A stretch of DNA of 63,276 nt, filler included, from Pseudobdellovibrionaceae bacterium (GTDB taxonomy: Bacteria > Bdellovibrionota > Bdellovibrionia > Bdellovibrionales > UBA1609), in NCBI GenBank assembly GCA_030591685.1. It is 7 parts of 7 records of this genome, joined end to end, with 100 filler letters (N's around TTAATTAATTAA, not from the genome) between each part and the next. Parts side by side here need not be neighbours in the genome. Positions count along the whole stretch, not along the records: positions 1 to 8,303 come from JAUVAX010000068.1; positions 8,404 to 31,255 come from JAUVAX010000033.1; 5 more parts are not named here. One strand, written 5' to 3'. The notes beneath the pieces were generated by a model. The model searched no databases. It had not been told where the DNA came from and saw nothing but the letters and a program-made list of their open reading frames with translations. Positions 1-10,984 of the stretch are shown piece by piece (position 1 is the first letter of the stretch; each line of letters opens with the position of its first letter). A program made the position numbers and the translations under genes.

Positions 1-1292
1 AATGATCTTTGGTTTGGATTTAAATATTTTTTGGCGACCTTTAGAATATCTTCGGCAGTCACCTCATTGTATCTGTTGATAATACTAAACATTTTTTTAT
101 AATCTCCAAGCTCAACCTCCGCACTAGCTAAAGATCGTGCCTTTCCTGATAAAGTTTTGAGCCCAGAAACCAATGCATATTGAATTTTATTTCGTACTTT
201 ATCTAACTCTTTTTGAGTTACTTTTTGATGACGAGCTTTATAAAGTTCAGAGTACACTGATTTTAACGCACGATTCAGGGGCACATTTGGCTTTACTGTC
301 GCAGAAACAAGATACACTCCCGCATCCATAAGGCTATAGTTATAACTCCACACACTACTCACCGATTGCTCTTTGTATACGAGTCGCCTGTGCAGTCGAC
401 TTGACTCCCCATCACCCATAATCTCTGAGAGTAGGTCTAAAGCTAAGGCCTCTTTAGTGCCCAGCTTCGGGGCCTGAAAAGCCAGCATAAACGTTGCACT
501 TTGCACATCTTTTTTAATGGTAACACTACGGTTATATTTTTGTACTGGCTCTTTATTTTTTGGTTTTAATGGCAGCTCCGACGGCCGAAGCGGCTTAAAG
601 TATTTATTCACAAAATCCTTGGCCTCAGATTTTTTAAAATCACCAGCAATAACTAAAACAGCACTATTAGGGGAGTAAAAGGTTTCATAGAATTTTTTAA
701 AATCAGCAACACTTGTTGCATTAAGATCACGCATATAACCTATAACAGGCCAACGGTAGTTATTAACTTTAAAAACAGTTTTAAATAAAGCCTCCCAAAG
801 CGTCCCTCGAATTGAGTTTTCAACCCGCATTCTTCGCTCTTCCTTGACTACTTCTCGCTCCGTTTTAATAACCTCTTTATTAATTAATAGATTTTTCATT
901 CGATCGGACTCTATATCTAGCATCAAGCCCAAATGCTCACTTGGAAACGTAATGTGGTAACCCGTATAATCTCTAGACGTAAAAGCATTCATGTCACCGC
1001 CATTGTCTTCAATACTTTTTTTTAGCTTAATCTCAGAATATCTTTTTGTACCTCTAAACATCATGTGCTCAAAAAAATGAGCTAAACCCGTCCGGCCAGG
1101 CCTTTCATCTCTTGAACCCACCTTAAACCACTGCTGTAATGTAATTAAGGGTATAGAATGGTCTTGATACAAAAGTACTGTTAACCCATTTTTAAGTTTG
1201 TATTTCTCAACCTGTAAATCAAGTTGATCGGTAGCCAGTAAACTTTGTGCAAAAATGACTACAAATGCCATTAGTATTATTTTTTTAATCAT
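1..1292 (-). CDS. M16 (insulinase/pitrilysin) family zinc peptidase, 3' end runs off the window
   Basis: Missing from the ORF track. Manual translation from ATG 1292 gives MIKKIILMAFVVIFAQSLLA (signal peptide), then LKNGLTVLL...WFKVGSRDERPGRTGLAHFFEHMMFRGT with the inverted zinc motif HxxEH. Confidence 0.92.
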   Translation of the reverse strand, partial: MIKKIILMAFVVIFAQSLLATDQLDLQVEKYKLKNGLTVLLYQDHSIPLITLQQWFKVGSRDERPGRTGLAHFFEHMMFRGTKRYSEIKLKKSIEDNGGDMNAFTSRDYTGYHITFPSEHLGLMLDIESDRMKNLLINKEVIKTEREVVKEERRMRVENSIRGTLWEALFKTVFKVNNYRWPVIGYMRDLNATSVADFKKFYETFYSPNSAVLVIAGDFKKSEAKDFVNKYFKPLRPSELPLKPKNKEPVQKYNRSVTIKKDVQSATFMLAFQAPKLGTKEALALDLLSEIMGDGESSRLHRRLVYKEQSVSSVWSYNYSLMDAGVYLVSATVKPNVPLNRALKSVYSELYKARHQKVTQKELDKVRNKIQYALVSGLKTLSGKARSLASAEVELGDYKKMFSIINRYNEVTAEDILKVAKKYLNPNQRS

Positions 1293-1481
1293 TATAGACT
1301 GCCCTGTCGGTTAGAAACTTATGAGTTCTAAATTATTTTGCCGCGCTAGTAATTCAAAGTCAAACTAAGGCGTTATTAAATACATCGATTACAGCTCTCC
1401 TCTTAGGACAGCTTATAAGCTTTACGTTTGAGCCATTATTTTAAATTTTATTAATTATAACAATCGCTCAGAAAAATTATG

Positions 1482-1988
1482 TTACTGAATCAGGAGCTCT
1501 GTAAAATACACATTTCTGACAACGCCATCATTTAAAAAATGATTGACGCCAACTATAATCTCATTTTTTAACTGCAATTTACCTTGTACACTTTCAATAT
1601 CCTGAAAAGCTTTTTTGTTGAGTATGCGCATAATTGTATCGCGCGTTTCAGCACTAGCTCCTATGATTTCCTCAAACCCCTCTTCGTCCATCATTTCTAA
1701 ACTTAAATCCACCCGAATCATGCGACGCGGGACTCCGTTGAGATTTGTCGTCAAAGTGTCTAGAGAGTACAGAACATCCTCATTATTCTGGAGCTGTGCT
1801 ATAAATTCATCTAACTCCATATTCAGCTGTTTTTCACTCGATATGGGCGACTCATACCCTAGAGTGTATTTGTAAACAATCCCTGCTCCGGCGAGCATTA
1901 TAAGCATATTCAGAGCCATAAATGAAATCACAAGCATTTTAGACTTACTTTTTTTATCCTTTTTAACTTCTACTTCTTCTTCTGCCAT
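1482..1988 (-). CDS. fliL: Flagellar basal body-associated protein FliL
   Basis: Lys-rich N-terminus, single TM helix, TNL...RMIRVDLSLE, RDTIMRIL...GKLQLKNEI, C-terminal VRNVYFTELLIQ. Confidence 0.88.
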   Translation of the reverse strand: MAEEEVEVKKDKKSKSKMLVISFMALNMLIMLAGAGIVYKYTLGYESPISSEKQLNMELDEFIAQLQNNEDVLYSLDTLTTNLNGVPRRMIRVDLSLEMMDEEGFEEIIGASAETRDTIMRILNKKAFQDIESVQGKLQLKNEIIVGVNHFLNDGVVRNVYFTELLIQ

Positions 1989-2021
1989 ATTTACCTCGAT
2001 ACAATGTATCTATGTAAGTAA

Positions 2022-2048
2022 TTATCGGCATAATGACTAACGTCTTAA
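2022..2048 (-). promoter_or_regulatory. Sigma-28 (FliA)-type promoter upstream of fliL
   Basis: Minus strand TTAAGACG-N11-GCCGATAA; the -10 is a perfect match and lies just upstream of a flagellar gene. Confidence 0.75.
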
Positions 2049-2258
2049 GACCTTAGTTAAAATACTGAAATTTGAGCTTTTTTGACAAACCTTTTGTCAG
2101 CCCCCTGTAACCCCTTGCTCACACACCCACTTTTTAAGTCTCAAAACAAAGCACTTCAGATGGCTGTCAAATATTAATTTAAGGTGAAATCTTGACTTAT
2201 TTTTGCAAATTTATTGTAATGTATATAGCAATACTAGAAAAATAAAGGTTTCGCCTCA

Positions 2259-3284
2259 ATGATTTTACTCACAATATTTACTGGCCTTATGGCTTCGTTT
2301 GTCTTTGCGGAAACTAAAACCACACCTGCCCGCCAAGCCACCCCCCTTAAGACTTCTGTTCAAATCGTTGAGCCTCAAGCCATCCTACCACCAAAGAGCC
2401 TTGTGCCTTCAGACCTTGTTAAGCTCGGGGGTGGAAACTATTTTTCAAAAAAAGCGATTGTTTTAGATAAAAAAAATCGCACGCTCTCTCTTTGGGAGCA
2501 GCAGCTAAACGGTCAAATACAATTCATCAAAGCCTACCCTGCCGATTTTGGAAGGTCTCAAGGCGATAAATTTAAAATCGGTGACTTAAAGACCCCCGAG
2601 GGAGTTTACTTTTTTCAAACAACTCTCGCGGGCAAACAGATTGACTACAATGAGTACGGCAACCGTGCCTTTACAACCAACTACCCAAACTTTTGGGATC
2701 AAAAAGAAAAAAAGACAGGCTCCGGAATTTGGCTACACGCCATCCCCCCAACTAAAACTCTTAACCGCGGATCTCGTGGCTGTGTTGTTGTACGAAATGC
2801 AGCTATAGAAGAACTCAAACAACACATCTCTTTTAAAGATACGCCCATCATCATTAAAGATGAAATCAGATACGTCACACCCAGCTCAAATAAAAAAATA
2901 CACACAAAACTACTAACACTACTTAAAAACTGGGCTCAAAGTTGGCAAAACAAAGATCTAAAAACATACATTAATTATTACGGCAAAGATTTTAAAGCAC
3001 TTAATAAATCGAAGTCTGAGTGGGCCACCTATAAAAAACACCTTAATAAAATATATAAAGTGATACAGGTGAAGATTAACCACCCGATCATCCTCACCCA
3101 TAATGATGAGGTGACTATTAAATTTATACAAAACTATCGATCTGATGGTCATGGTGACTTTGGCAAAAAAACGCTTTATTTAAAAAATGTTGGTGGTGAG
3201 TACAAAATTGTCCATGAAAAGTGGGAGTCGATGAATAATAAAACCATAGCCTCATTGTATAAAACAAATAAAGACAAACTCTAA
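2259..3284 (+). CDS. L,D-transpeptidase/carboxypeptidase (YkuD domain) with C-terminal NTF2-like domain (Csd6-like)
   Basis: Signal peptide, GDLKTPEGVY, YPN, GSGIWLH...SRGCVV catalytic His/Cys; C-terminal W..SWQNKD...Y...F...KTLYL...KIVHE. Confidence 0.88.
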   Translation: MILLTIFTGLMASFVFAETKTTPARQATPLKTSVQIVEPQAILPPKSLVPSDLVKLGGGNYFSKKAIVLDKKNRTLSLWEQQLNGQIQFIKAYPADFGRSQGDKFKIGDLKTPEGVYFFQTTLAGKQIDYNEYGNRAFTTNYPNFWDQKEKKTGSGIWLHAIPPTKTLNRGSRGCVVVRNAAIEELKQHISFKDTPIIIKDEIRYVTPSSNKKIHTKLLTLLKNWAQSWQNKDLKTYINYYGKDFKALNKSKSEWATYKKHLNKIYKVIQVKINHPIILTHNDEVTIKFIQNYRSDGHGDFGKKTLYLKNVGGEYKIVHEKWESMNNKTIASLYKTNKDKL

Positions 3285-3320
3285 AAAAATAATTTTAGGG
3301 CACAATTTATAAAAAATTAA

Positions 3321-3521
3321 TTACTGAACTTGGTCTTGATTACCCTTACCAGCGCTCTTTTCTCTAAAAACTACAGTTTCAACCGACTCATCTATTTCAT
3401 CAGAAAGCCCTTGAACATGTTGATCGTACTCGGCCTGAGTGATCACTCCGTTTCTTAAATTCCAATCAATGACTCTTTTATCGAATTTTTTATTTGTCAG
3501 ACCTTCTCTTAGGCTCATCAT
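3321..3521 (-). CDS. Small conserved hypothetical protein
   Basis: RBS GGAG upstream; FDKRVIDWNLRNGVITQAEY resembles small deltaproteobacterial proteins from memory. Confidence 0.6.
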   Translation of the reverse strand: MMSLREGLTNKKFDKRVIDWNLRNGVITQAEYDQHVQGLSDEIDESVETVVFREKSAGKGNQDQVQ

Positions 3522-3822
3522 AACTCCTGATCAGTGGTTTTTTATACAGCCATCAACTACGACGGAAAATAATAACTATCTTATATCCCTTGAAATTACT
3601 ACGAAATATTCTACAAAGCCGGAAGTTTCTTTCACACGCCACCAGTTAAAACAGCTCTCGCAACACCACACAAAGCCCCACTCCATCAATGACTTATAAA
3701 TAATTCATTAATCTAAAAAAAGGGGTGAGTTTTTATATTAAAAATGATTTACCGCGTTATTTACAGGGGTGCTTTATAGATGACTAAAAGGGGGCTTTTT
3801 AAAAGTCTTGTGACCTTAAGTT

Positions 3823-4569
3823 TTAATTCCAATATTTAGGGCTCTTGTCGGCATCTTCATTATCTACAACGAGGCGCAGTTTATTTTTTTTTCGCCCCTT
3901 TGTGCCGCCGCCCATTTTAGGCCTTATTTTTGTCCAAAAATATAAAAAGAAAAAGCCTGAGATCAGCCCGCCTATGTGGCACAAGTTAGCCACCTGAGCC
4001 CCAAACCCACTACTTAAAAGGGTCACAAGCTCAATCGTACCTAATATTAGTACAAACACTTTTGCCTTCATAGGAAAGATAAACATAAAGTAAACCACAC
4101 GCTCACCAAAGACCATCCCATAAGCCAGCATAAGTCCAAATACAGCGCCTGAGGCTCCAACTACAGGGACTCCCATTGGCATTGGATTGCCCGAAACAAG
4201 GTAATAAATGGTCACCCCAACAAGGTAAATCACCGATGCCCCAACGCCACAAACCATATAATAAGTTAAAAAGAAGCGTGCGCCCCAGCGAAGCTCTAAC
4301 TCAGCCCCCAACCACCAAAGAAGTAACATGTTAAAAGTGACATGAAATATATCGAGCGAATGCAGGAACATATAACTAAAGGGCTGCCAAATCCAAAAAT
4401 CATTGATAATTCGATGGGGTGTTAACCCAAATAAATCAAAAATAATAGGACTAGAAAATACCATTTTTTGTAATATTAATACCCCAACAACCCAAACAAC
4501 TAAGTTTATAATCACGAGTTTTTTGACCATAGGCGTAAATGGCATTGGCAATTGAACTTGTGGTCGCAT
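3823..4569 (-). CDS. Rhomboid family intramembrane serine protease
   Basis: WQPFSYMFLH, HVTFNM, GASGAVFG (catalytic Ser), HIGGLISG (catalytic His). Confidence 0.93.
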   Translation of the reverse strand: MRPQVQLPMPFTPMVKKLVIINLVVWVVGVLILQKMVFSSPIIFDLFGLTPHRIINDFWIWQPFSYMFLHSLDIFHVTFNMLLLWWLGAELELRWGARFFLTYYMVCGVGASVIYLVGVTIYYLVSGNPMPMGVPVVGASGAVFGLMLAYGMVFGERVVYFMFIFPMKAKVFVLILGTIELVTLLSSGFGAQVANLCHIGGLISGFFFLYFWTKIRPKMGGGTKGRKKNKLRLVVDNEDADKSPKYWN

Positions 4570-4582
4570 GGTCCCCCTTTTA

Positions 4583-5008
4583 CTAAAGGCTTGTTGGTTC
4601 GCTGAGCTCTAAAAGTACCCCGCCTGTAGCCTTTGGGTGTACAAAGGCAATTTTGCAGTTATGAGCCCCCATTTTTGGGGATTCATTAATGAGCTGATAC
4701 CCTGATTTCTTTAATACCTCTAATTTTTGTTCAATATTTTTAACTCTAATACATATATGATGAATGCCAAATCCCCTTTTGGCAATAAACTTAGCTATAG
4801 GGCTTCGGGGGTCTGTGGGCTCAAGAAGCTCAATTTTCGATTGATTCGCCATTTCGAGCATAGCTACTTTCACCTTTTCGCTTTCAACCTCCTCTATATG
4901 CTGGACCTGAAAGCCTAGTGCTAAGTAAAACTTTGCCCCCTCTTCTATGCTGCTAACAGCAATGCCAACGTGATCAAATTCAAACTCCATTGGCAATTTA
5001 CTCAACAC
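4583..5008 (-). CDS. mce: Methylmalonyl-CoA epimerase (VOC family)
   Basis: [37 protein letters not shown]. Confidence 0.9.
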   Translation of the reverse strand: MLSKLPMEFEFDHVGIAVSSIEEGAKFYLALGFQVQHIEEVESEKVKVAMLEMANQSKIELLEPTDPRSPIAKFIAKRGFGIHHICIRVKNIEQKLEVLKKSGYQLINESPKMGAHNCKIAFVHPKATGGVLLELSEPTSL

Positions 5009-5564
5009 ATTGCACCTCCATTTTTTTAATAAAAAATGGACGAAGTCTTTTAAAAACCTGTACCAACGTCTCAGGGTGAACTTTAGTTTCAGCTATCAGC
5101 GGAAAAAAGTTGGTATCACCTAACCAACGAGGCACAATATGCCAATGTAAGTGATCAGGGATACCGGCTCCTGCAACAGCCCCATGGTTCATGCCTACGT
5201 TTAAGTCCTCAATACCGTAAGCTTTTTGTATTATTTCAATAGAGCTTCTTAAAAGCCCCATAAGCTCATTATACTCAGCACTTTTTAAGTCGATTATGTT
5301 TCCCACATGGCGAGTCGGCATAACAAGCAAGTGACCACTATTATACGGAAATTTATTTAACACCACCATCGACGATTTACCTTTATATAAAAGTAAACTC
5401 TTGGCACTGGGCCTAGCAACCTTTGAGGCCGCACAAAAAACGCAAAGCTTAGGCTTAATAATTTTTCGCACATACTTGAAGCGCTCCGGGCGCTCCATGT
5501 AATCGCGCTCTTGTGGCCAAACATCAGCAACATCAAGCAATAATTTGCTGCTCTTTTTAGCCAT
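4998..5564 (-). CDS. HIT family hydrolase (Ap4A phosphorylase-like)
   Basis: [31 protein letters not shown] histidine triad. Confidence 0.9.
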   Translation of the reverse strand: MAKKSSKLLLDVADVWPQERDYMERPERFKYVRKIIKPKLCVFCAASKVARPSAKSLLLYKGKSSMVVLNKFPYNSGHLLVMPTRHVGNIIDLKSAEYNELMGLLRSSIEIIQKAYGIEDLNVGMNHGAVAGAGIPDHLHWHIVPRWLGDTNFFPLIAETKVHPETLVQVFKRLRPFFIKKMEVQCVE

Positions 5565-6478
5565 TAAAACATCCCAGGGGCCAAGTAAAGGGGCTTACCT
5601 AAAAGCTCAAACTTTAATTGTTTCTTTATACTTTTGGTAATTCCTGAAAACCGTACCTCACTGAGCATCCCTAAAATGTCTGGACGCTTTTTAGGTGGAG
5701 TGAATAATTTAGGGTCCTCACCAAGCCCCGCTAATTTACCGGCTAATATTCTAGCATCTTCAAGGGTGCCCATTTGATCTGCAAAGCCTAGTTTTACTGC
5801 TGTTTCGCCTGTGAAAATACGGCCATCTGAATATAGGGTCACTTTATCTAAAGGTAAATTACGCCCCTTTGCCACCGCTGTTTTAAACTGCATATGAACT
5901 TCATCGATCATCGACTGAAAAAGTTTTTTCTCATCAGAGCGCATAGACCTATAATCAGCCCCTGAGTCTTTATAAGGGCCTGTTTTTAACGAGTACATCT
6001 GTATTTTAGCCCATGAATAGAGCCTCTCCAGGTTAGCAAAATTCATAATCACACCAATAGAACCCATCATTGTCCCTGGGTTTGTTACAATCTTGCTTGC
6101 CCCGACAGCCGCATAGTACGCACCACTAGCAACGACTCCGTTACCAGAAACTACAACAGGCTTATTAAGTACCTCTTTGACTCTTTTAATTTCTGAATAA
6201 ATTTCTTGGCTGGGGCCGACAACTCCGCCAGGGGAGTTCACCTGTATCAACACACCCTTAATAAATTTATTATCTCGATATTTTTTTAAATCTTTTAAAA
6301 ATTGATCCCCATCAAGTATCACACCCTCAAGTTTTAAAAAAAGCAGGCTGTCTTTTTTTACCTTTGTGTTCATGTCACTCATAAGTGACATCCCCCCCAC
6401 GCAAGTCATAAACCCCATGGCCACGACGAACACTCCTATACCTATAAAAAATCGACCTATAAATTTTTTCATAATCAT
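5564..6478 (-). CDS. sppA: Signal peptide peptidase SppA (S49)
   Basis: NSPGG, ASGAYY, GSIGVI, KTGPYKD, DGRIFTG. Confidence 0.93.
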   Translation of the reverse strand: MIMKKFIGRFFIGIGVFVVAMGFMTCVGGMSLMSDMNTKVKKDSLLFLKLEGVILDGDQFLKDLKKYRDNKFIKGVLIQVNSPGGVVGPSQEIYSEIKRVKEVLNKPVVVSGNGVVASGAYYAAVGASKIVTNPGTMMGSIGVIMNFANLERLYSWAKIQMYSLKTGPYKDSGADYRSMRSDEKKLFQSMIDEVHMQFKTAVAKGRNLPLDKVTLYSDGRIFTGETAVKLGFADQMGTLEDARILAGKLAGLGEDPKLFTPPKKRPDILGMLSEVRFSGITKSIKKQLKFELLGKPLYLAPGMF

Positions 6479-6552
6479 ACCTCAAAAGTTTTAGTTTGTT
6501 TTAGCCCGCATTAAGGCTCTAAATATACCTCAGCCCTGATTTTGCCACAAAT

Positions 6553-6585
6553 AAAAAAATGGGGGAGATACAAGTACCTCCCCCA
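6553..6585 (-). terminator. Intrinsic terminator after rpsA
   Basis: TGGGGGAG/CTCCCCCA stem followed by a T-tract on the minus strand. Confidence 0.75.
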
Positions 6586-6615
6586 AATAAATTTAAATAT
6601 TAATAAGTTTTGATC

Positions 6616-8303
6616 TCAATTACTATCAGTACCCTCTGTATCAGTACTGCTAATCAGTTGGTCGGCAAATAAATCACCTAAACTTGTTTTAGATGTCGTT
6701 TTCGCCTTTTTCACATATTCATCAACATTTGCTTTTTGCTCTCTTAATAAAACGAGCTTTGCGCTCAGCCCAATTTTACGAGCATCTTTATCAATGGTTA
6801 TAATTTCAGCTTTAATCGTGTCACCGACCTTTACAACCTCTTCAGGGCTTTCTATTCTCTTAGTAGTGAGTTCACTAATATGGATTAAACCCTCAATGTC
6901 ACCACCAAGCTCAACGAAAACACCAAAATCAGCTGTTTTAACAACGTTCACATCAATTTGAGAACCAATTGGGAACCGTGAATCAATATCTGACCAAGGG
7001 TCGATCTCAAGTTGCTTGATGCCTAAACTAAAACGCTCATTTTCGATGTCTACACCTAGGACCACTGCGCGAAGCTGATCTCCTTTGGTGTAAACTTTAG
7101 AAGGGTGACTCACTCGTTTTGTCCAAGAAATATCAGAAATATGCACGAGGCCGTCTATCCCCTCTTCGATGCCTACAAAAACACCAAAGTCAGTGACTGA
7201 TTTAACTTCGCCCTCAATGATAGTTCCTGGTCCATAAGTTTTCTTCAATTCAACCCATGGGTTTTCTTCCAACTGCTTCATGCCTAAGCTAATGCGGCGG
7301 TTCTCTTTGTCCACTTCAAGGACAACTACATCGACCTTATCATCTACAGCAATGATCTGGGAGGGATGCTTAATTCGCTGTGTCCAGCTCATCTCACTCA
7401 CGTGAATAAGCCCCTCAACACCGTCATCAAGCGCCACAAAAGCACCGTAATCAGCAAGACTCACAATACGACCTGAGAGTTTTTTACCGTTCGGATACGC
7501 GGCTGCCACATCATCCCAAGGGTCAGCAGAAAGCTGCTTTATCCCTAAGCTAACACGCTCTTTTTCGTTATCAAACTTAAGGACTTTAACTTCAACTTCA
7601 TCGCTTACATTTAAAACTTCTGATGGATGCTTAATTCGCCCCCAGCTCATGTCAGTGATGTGTAAAAGCCCATCCATACCACCTAAATCAATAAAGGCAC
7701 CATAGTCAGTGATATTTTTAACAATCCCTTTTACTACAGAACCCTCTTTCATTTGGTCTAGGGTTTGTGAGCGTAAGCTCTCTCTTTCTTCTTCAAGAAG
7801 TACTCTTCTTGATAAAACAATGTTTCCACGTTTTTTATTAAATTTAATCACTTTAAATTTAAATTTCTTACCAATATAGTTGTCCATGTTTCTAACGGGG
7901 CGTAAGTCAATTTGACTTCCTGGTAAAAAGGCCTTCACTCCTATATCAACGCTTAAACCACCTTTAACCTTTGATATGACTGTGCCTTCTATAATTTCTT
8001 CGTTTTCTGCCGCTTTAGAAATATCATTCCAAGCGTTTAACATGTCAGCTTTGTCTTTAGACAGCACCATCATGCCATTTTTATCTTCAATTTTATCAAT
8101 GTAAACATTCACTTCAGTCCCTATTGGAACTTCAGCCTGACCATCCACCAATCTAAATTCTGATTTAGGGATAAGGCCTTCACTTTTGTACGCAATATCT
8201 ACAAGCACATAGTCGTCTTCAACAGCGACAACTTTACCCATCACGACGTCACCCACATTGTAGTCTCTCTCTTTTAAAGAGCTTTCATAAAGATCCGTAA
8301 ACG
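6616..8303 (-). CDS. rpsA: 30S ribosomal protein S1, 5' end lost in the gap
   Basis: Six S1 repeats (GAFIDLGGMDGLLHITDMSW etc.). The frame stays open from the track start at 8256 to the gap (FTDLYESSLKERDYNVGD). Confidence 0.97.
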
Positions 8304-8403
8304 NNNNNNNNNNNNNNNNNNNNNNNNNNNNNNNNNNNNNNNNNNNNTTAATTAATTAANNNNNNNNNNNNNNNNNNNNNNNNNNNNNNNNNNNNNNNNN
8401 NNN
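8304..8403. other. Artificial contig linker
   Basis: N run with central TTAATTAATTAA (stops in all six frames), exactly 100 nt. Confidence 0.97.
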
Positions 8404-8525
8404 AGAGAGATGAGAACGCAAGAGTTCGACAAAAATAGCAGGATGCTTTTTTTGCACAGGCACGCAGTGACTGCCCGCAGGGTGGAGGCCACGAAGGTCG
8501 ACATAAATCTCTCACTTATGCACCA
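8404..8525 (+). repeat. tRNA-derived structured repeat, copy 1 (contig edge)
   Basis: Reverse-complement homolog of 40612-40726: GAGTTCGA-caaaaatagc-aggat-gctttttttg...gccc-gca-gggt...AATCTCTC...GCACCA. Confidence 0.85.
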
Positions 8526-8570
8526 CTTATCGCTCTGCTCGGTATTCATACTGCTTTACATGACACTCTC

Positions 8571-9980
8571 TTAATATGAATATTTATTCGCATCATTGTC
8601 ATAAAGTTCTTTAATCGCTTCTCTATCATATTCTGCAAGTGAACCATTTGAGTGCTGATAAGACATAATACTCCATGTACCATCAAATGTGTGGTCAAGG
8701 CCAAGTAAATGCCCAAACTCATGAAGAGCATATTCCATGAAATAATTTTCATACAAATTTGAATTTAGTCTTTCCTCTTTAGTTTTTCTGAAGACACTTT
8801 TTTTATATATATTTTCAAAACCTGGCCTTGTAATTTTTTGATAGACGCTCTCCTCTCCTGAGTAAAGCTCTTCAGGGGCCTCCCTACCTTTTAAGTACTC
8901 CTCTTCAAAAAATAAAATACTTGCAGAAACAACATCTCCTGTAAAAAAACTTCTACTTACAAATGTTGAAGCATAGTTGGCAAAACTATCTGAGGTCCTA
9001 GTTCTATAATTTTTTACATAAAATACACAATTTTGATTTAGATCAGTAAATGGCTTGTAATGCTTAGTGTATGAAATTTTAAAATTTAAAGGGGTTTGTA
9101 TAGCCCCTTGCCACTCCTCTAAGGCTTTAGATACGGGGTAGGTTAAAAACTTGCTTTGCTCTCCGCATATAAAAATTTCTTTATTTTTCTCTGTATTCCA
9201 TTTGGCAAGGACACCCGGGCCCTCAAGGTAATTATAATTTGTACTCCCTGTTTTTATTGTACTCGGGGATTTTTGAATAAAATAAACCAATTCTAAACCC
9301 TCCCCAGTCTTAGCATCAAAGTCTCGAGACAAAAGCGAAATCGCTGATTTATCCTTAGAAATACTTACATGTATTAGGTCATTAATGTTTTTTTTAAATT
9401 TCTCCTCTAATATTATTTTTCCATTTTGTTTTGTTATCGAACTACTTGCACGATAACCTCCAGGCTCTTTTATAAAAATTAATTCAACGGAAGCGCTTCT
9501 TATTTCAGAGGACTTAATTGACTCTTTTGTTTTATCACCAAATTCATCTAAATCTAATTTGTCTAAATCTATTTTTCCACGAAATACAATGCGGCTGTTA
9601 TCCAGCCTGTGGAAAGAAAAAATTAGTTGATTTAACAATATACCAGCCGGATTAGACTCTCCGGCTGCCGCTGCGTTCTCCTCTTCAACGTCATCCATAT
9701 TTTTTTTAGTATCATTTTCTGCCTTTTCTGAAAAACTGCTGTAACCTGTGATTACATATTCACCATATGCGCTTAGGTTTTCATCATCCAAGGTCAACAA
9801 GGGCTCTGTTTCAGCCCCGCGAATTAATTCCATAGGCGAACCCTGGGAAATATATATTTTCTTTTCTATGGGAGTAATGCTTCTCGTCGGTTTATTTTTT
9901 TCAGACGAGCACCCGAGAGCAATAAAAGATATTAATAAATATGTTAATGGCTTATTAAAGTTCTTAGCTACAAAATTCAT
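8571..9980 (-). CDS. Lipoprotein with C-terminal metzincin (matrixin-like) zinc protease domain
   Basis: Lipobox ALGC; HEFGHLLGLDH zinc motif with Met-turn SIMSY. Confidence 0.85.
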   Translation of the reverse strand: MNFVAKNFNKPLTYLLISFIALGCSSEKNKPTRSITPIEKKIYISQGSPMELIRGAETEPLLTLDDENLSAYGEYVITGYSSFSEKAENDTKKNMDDVEEENAAAAGESNPAGILLNQLIFSFHRLDNSRIVFRGKIDLDKLDLDEFGDKTKESIKSSEIRSASVELIFIKEPGGYRASSSITKQNGKIILEEKFKKNINDLIHVSISKDKSAISLLSRDFDAKTGEGLELVYFIQKSPSTIKTGSTNYNYLEGPGVLAKWNTEKNKEIFICGEQSKFLTYPVSKALEEWQGAIQTPLNFKISYTKHYKPFTDLNQNCVFYVKNYRTRTSDSFANYASTFVSRSFFTGDVVSASILFFEEEYLKGREAPEELYSGEESVYQKITRPGFENIYKKSVFRKTKEERLNSNLYENYFMEYALHEFGHLLGLDHTFDGTWSIMSYQHSNGSLAEYDREAIKELYDNDANKYSY

Positions 9981-10125
9981 TGAACAATTCCTCTTAATTT
10001 AATGGGATAAAGAAAAAACCCCAAAGTTTAAGGATGTAACCATTACTTGCGCAAGCCCATAAATGTCACCTTAAGCTAAGCTCAAGTACAAAAAATTAAA
10101 ATTACACCTGTTACACAATAAATAC

Positions 10126-10141
10126 TGCAATTTTGCAGCCA
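10126..10141 (-). promoter_or_regulatory. Candidate sigma-54 promoter for the metzincin lipoprotein
   Basis: Minus strand TGGCTGCAAAATTGCA = GG-N10-GC (-24/-12). Confidence 0.5.
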
Positions 10142-10309
10142 ACAGACCTTGTTAAAAGCGAGGGTGACGGAGCAATACTATTTTCATTGAAACGTAGGTT
10201 CGCAAACGGCTAAACAACTGAAATAAAAAAAGTTGTTCAAAGGTAGGTAAACATATTATTATATAAGCCAGAGTGCGTGTGACTATAACGTCACGAGAGA
10301 GGATACTTT

Positions 10310-10966
10310 TTGGAGCAACAAAACCTAAGAAATGTGCTAATTCTGAGTAAGCTAAAGCTTATTCAGGATTCCCTCACTTGTTTCGTTAAAAATAACTATC
10401 AGGCCGAGATCACGTGTCTTTCAGAGTTTTCTCAAGCTCATAGTATTGTATCGAAAACGCCTATAAATATTATATTCTGTGAATCTAGTCACATCTCTGA
10501 TGAGGATGAGGTGTTGATTTCAAAATTAATCAGCGAGAAGCCTCGTCTCAAAGTCCTCTATATTTCTTCGTGCCATTCTCGTGATTGCTCTGGGTGCGTA
10601 TATAAAGTGATCCGCGCGGGAGTAAAGGCTTACATTGACTGTGACAGTGGTTTTGATAATTTAAGAGTAGCTGTCAACAAAGTCATGGCCGACCAGGCTT
10701 ACTTCCCCATGCTATCGTCTCAACAAAAAAAAGATTTTCTTAAACCAGAAGCCCCAAATCCCAGGCCAAACACCCCGCCCCTTACAAGCCGAGAGCAGCA
10801 AGTGTTACGTTTAATTGTTGATGGGTTATCAAACAAAGAGACCTCTAAAAAACTTAATATTAGTATACGAACTGTTGAGAGCCACCGAGTAAAAATCATG
10901 AAGAAGCTTAAAACAAAAACCTTTGCCTCTCTCATCAAGCACGCTGTTTTAGAGGGCCTTGCTTGA
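10310..10966 (+). CDS. NarL/LuxR-family response regulator with degenerate receiver domain
   Basis: C-terminal LTSREQQVL...GLSNKE...LNISIRTVESHRVKIMKKL HTH; receiver fold lacks the usual aspartates. Confidence 0.85.
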   Translation: MEQQNLRNVLILSKLKLIQDSLTCFVKNNYQAEITCLSEFSQAHSIVSKTPINIIFCESSHISDEDEVLISKLISEKPRLKVLYISSCHSRDCSGCVYKVIRAGVKAYIDCDSGFDNLRVAVNKVMADQAYFPMLSSQQKKDFLKPEAPNPRPNTPPLTSREQQVLRLIVDGLSNKETSKKLNISIRTVESHRVKIMKKLKTKTFASLIKHAVLEGLA

Positions 10967-10984
10967 GTCATGATTTTTTAAACT

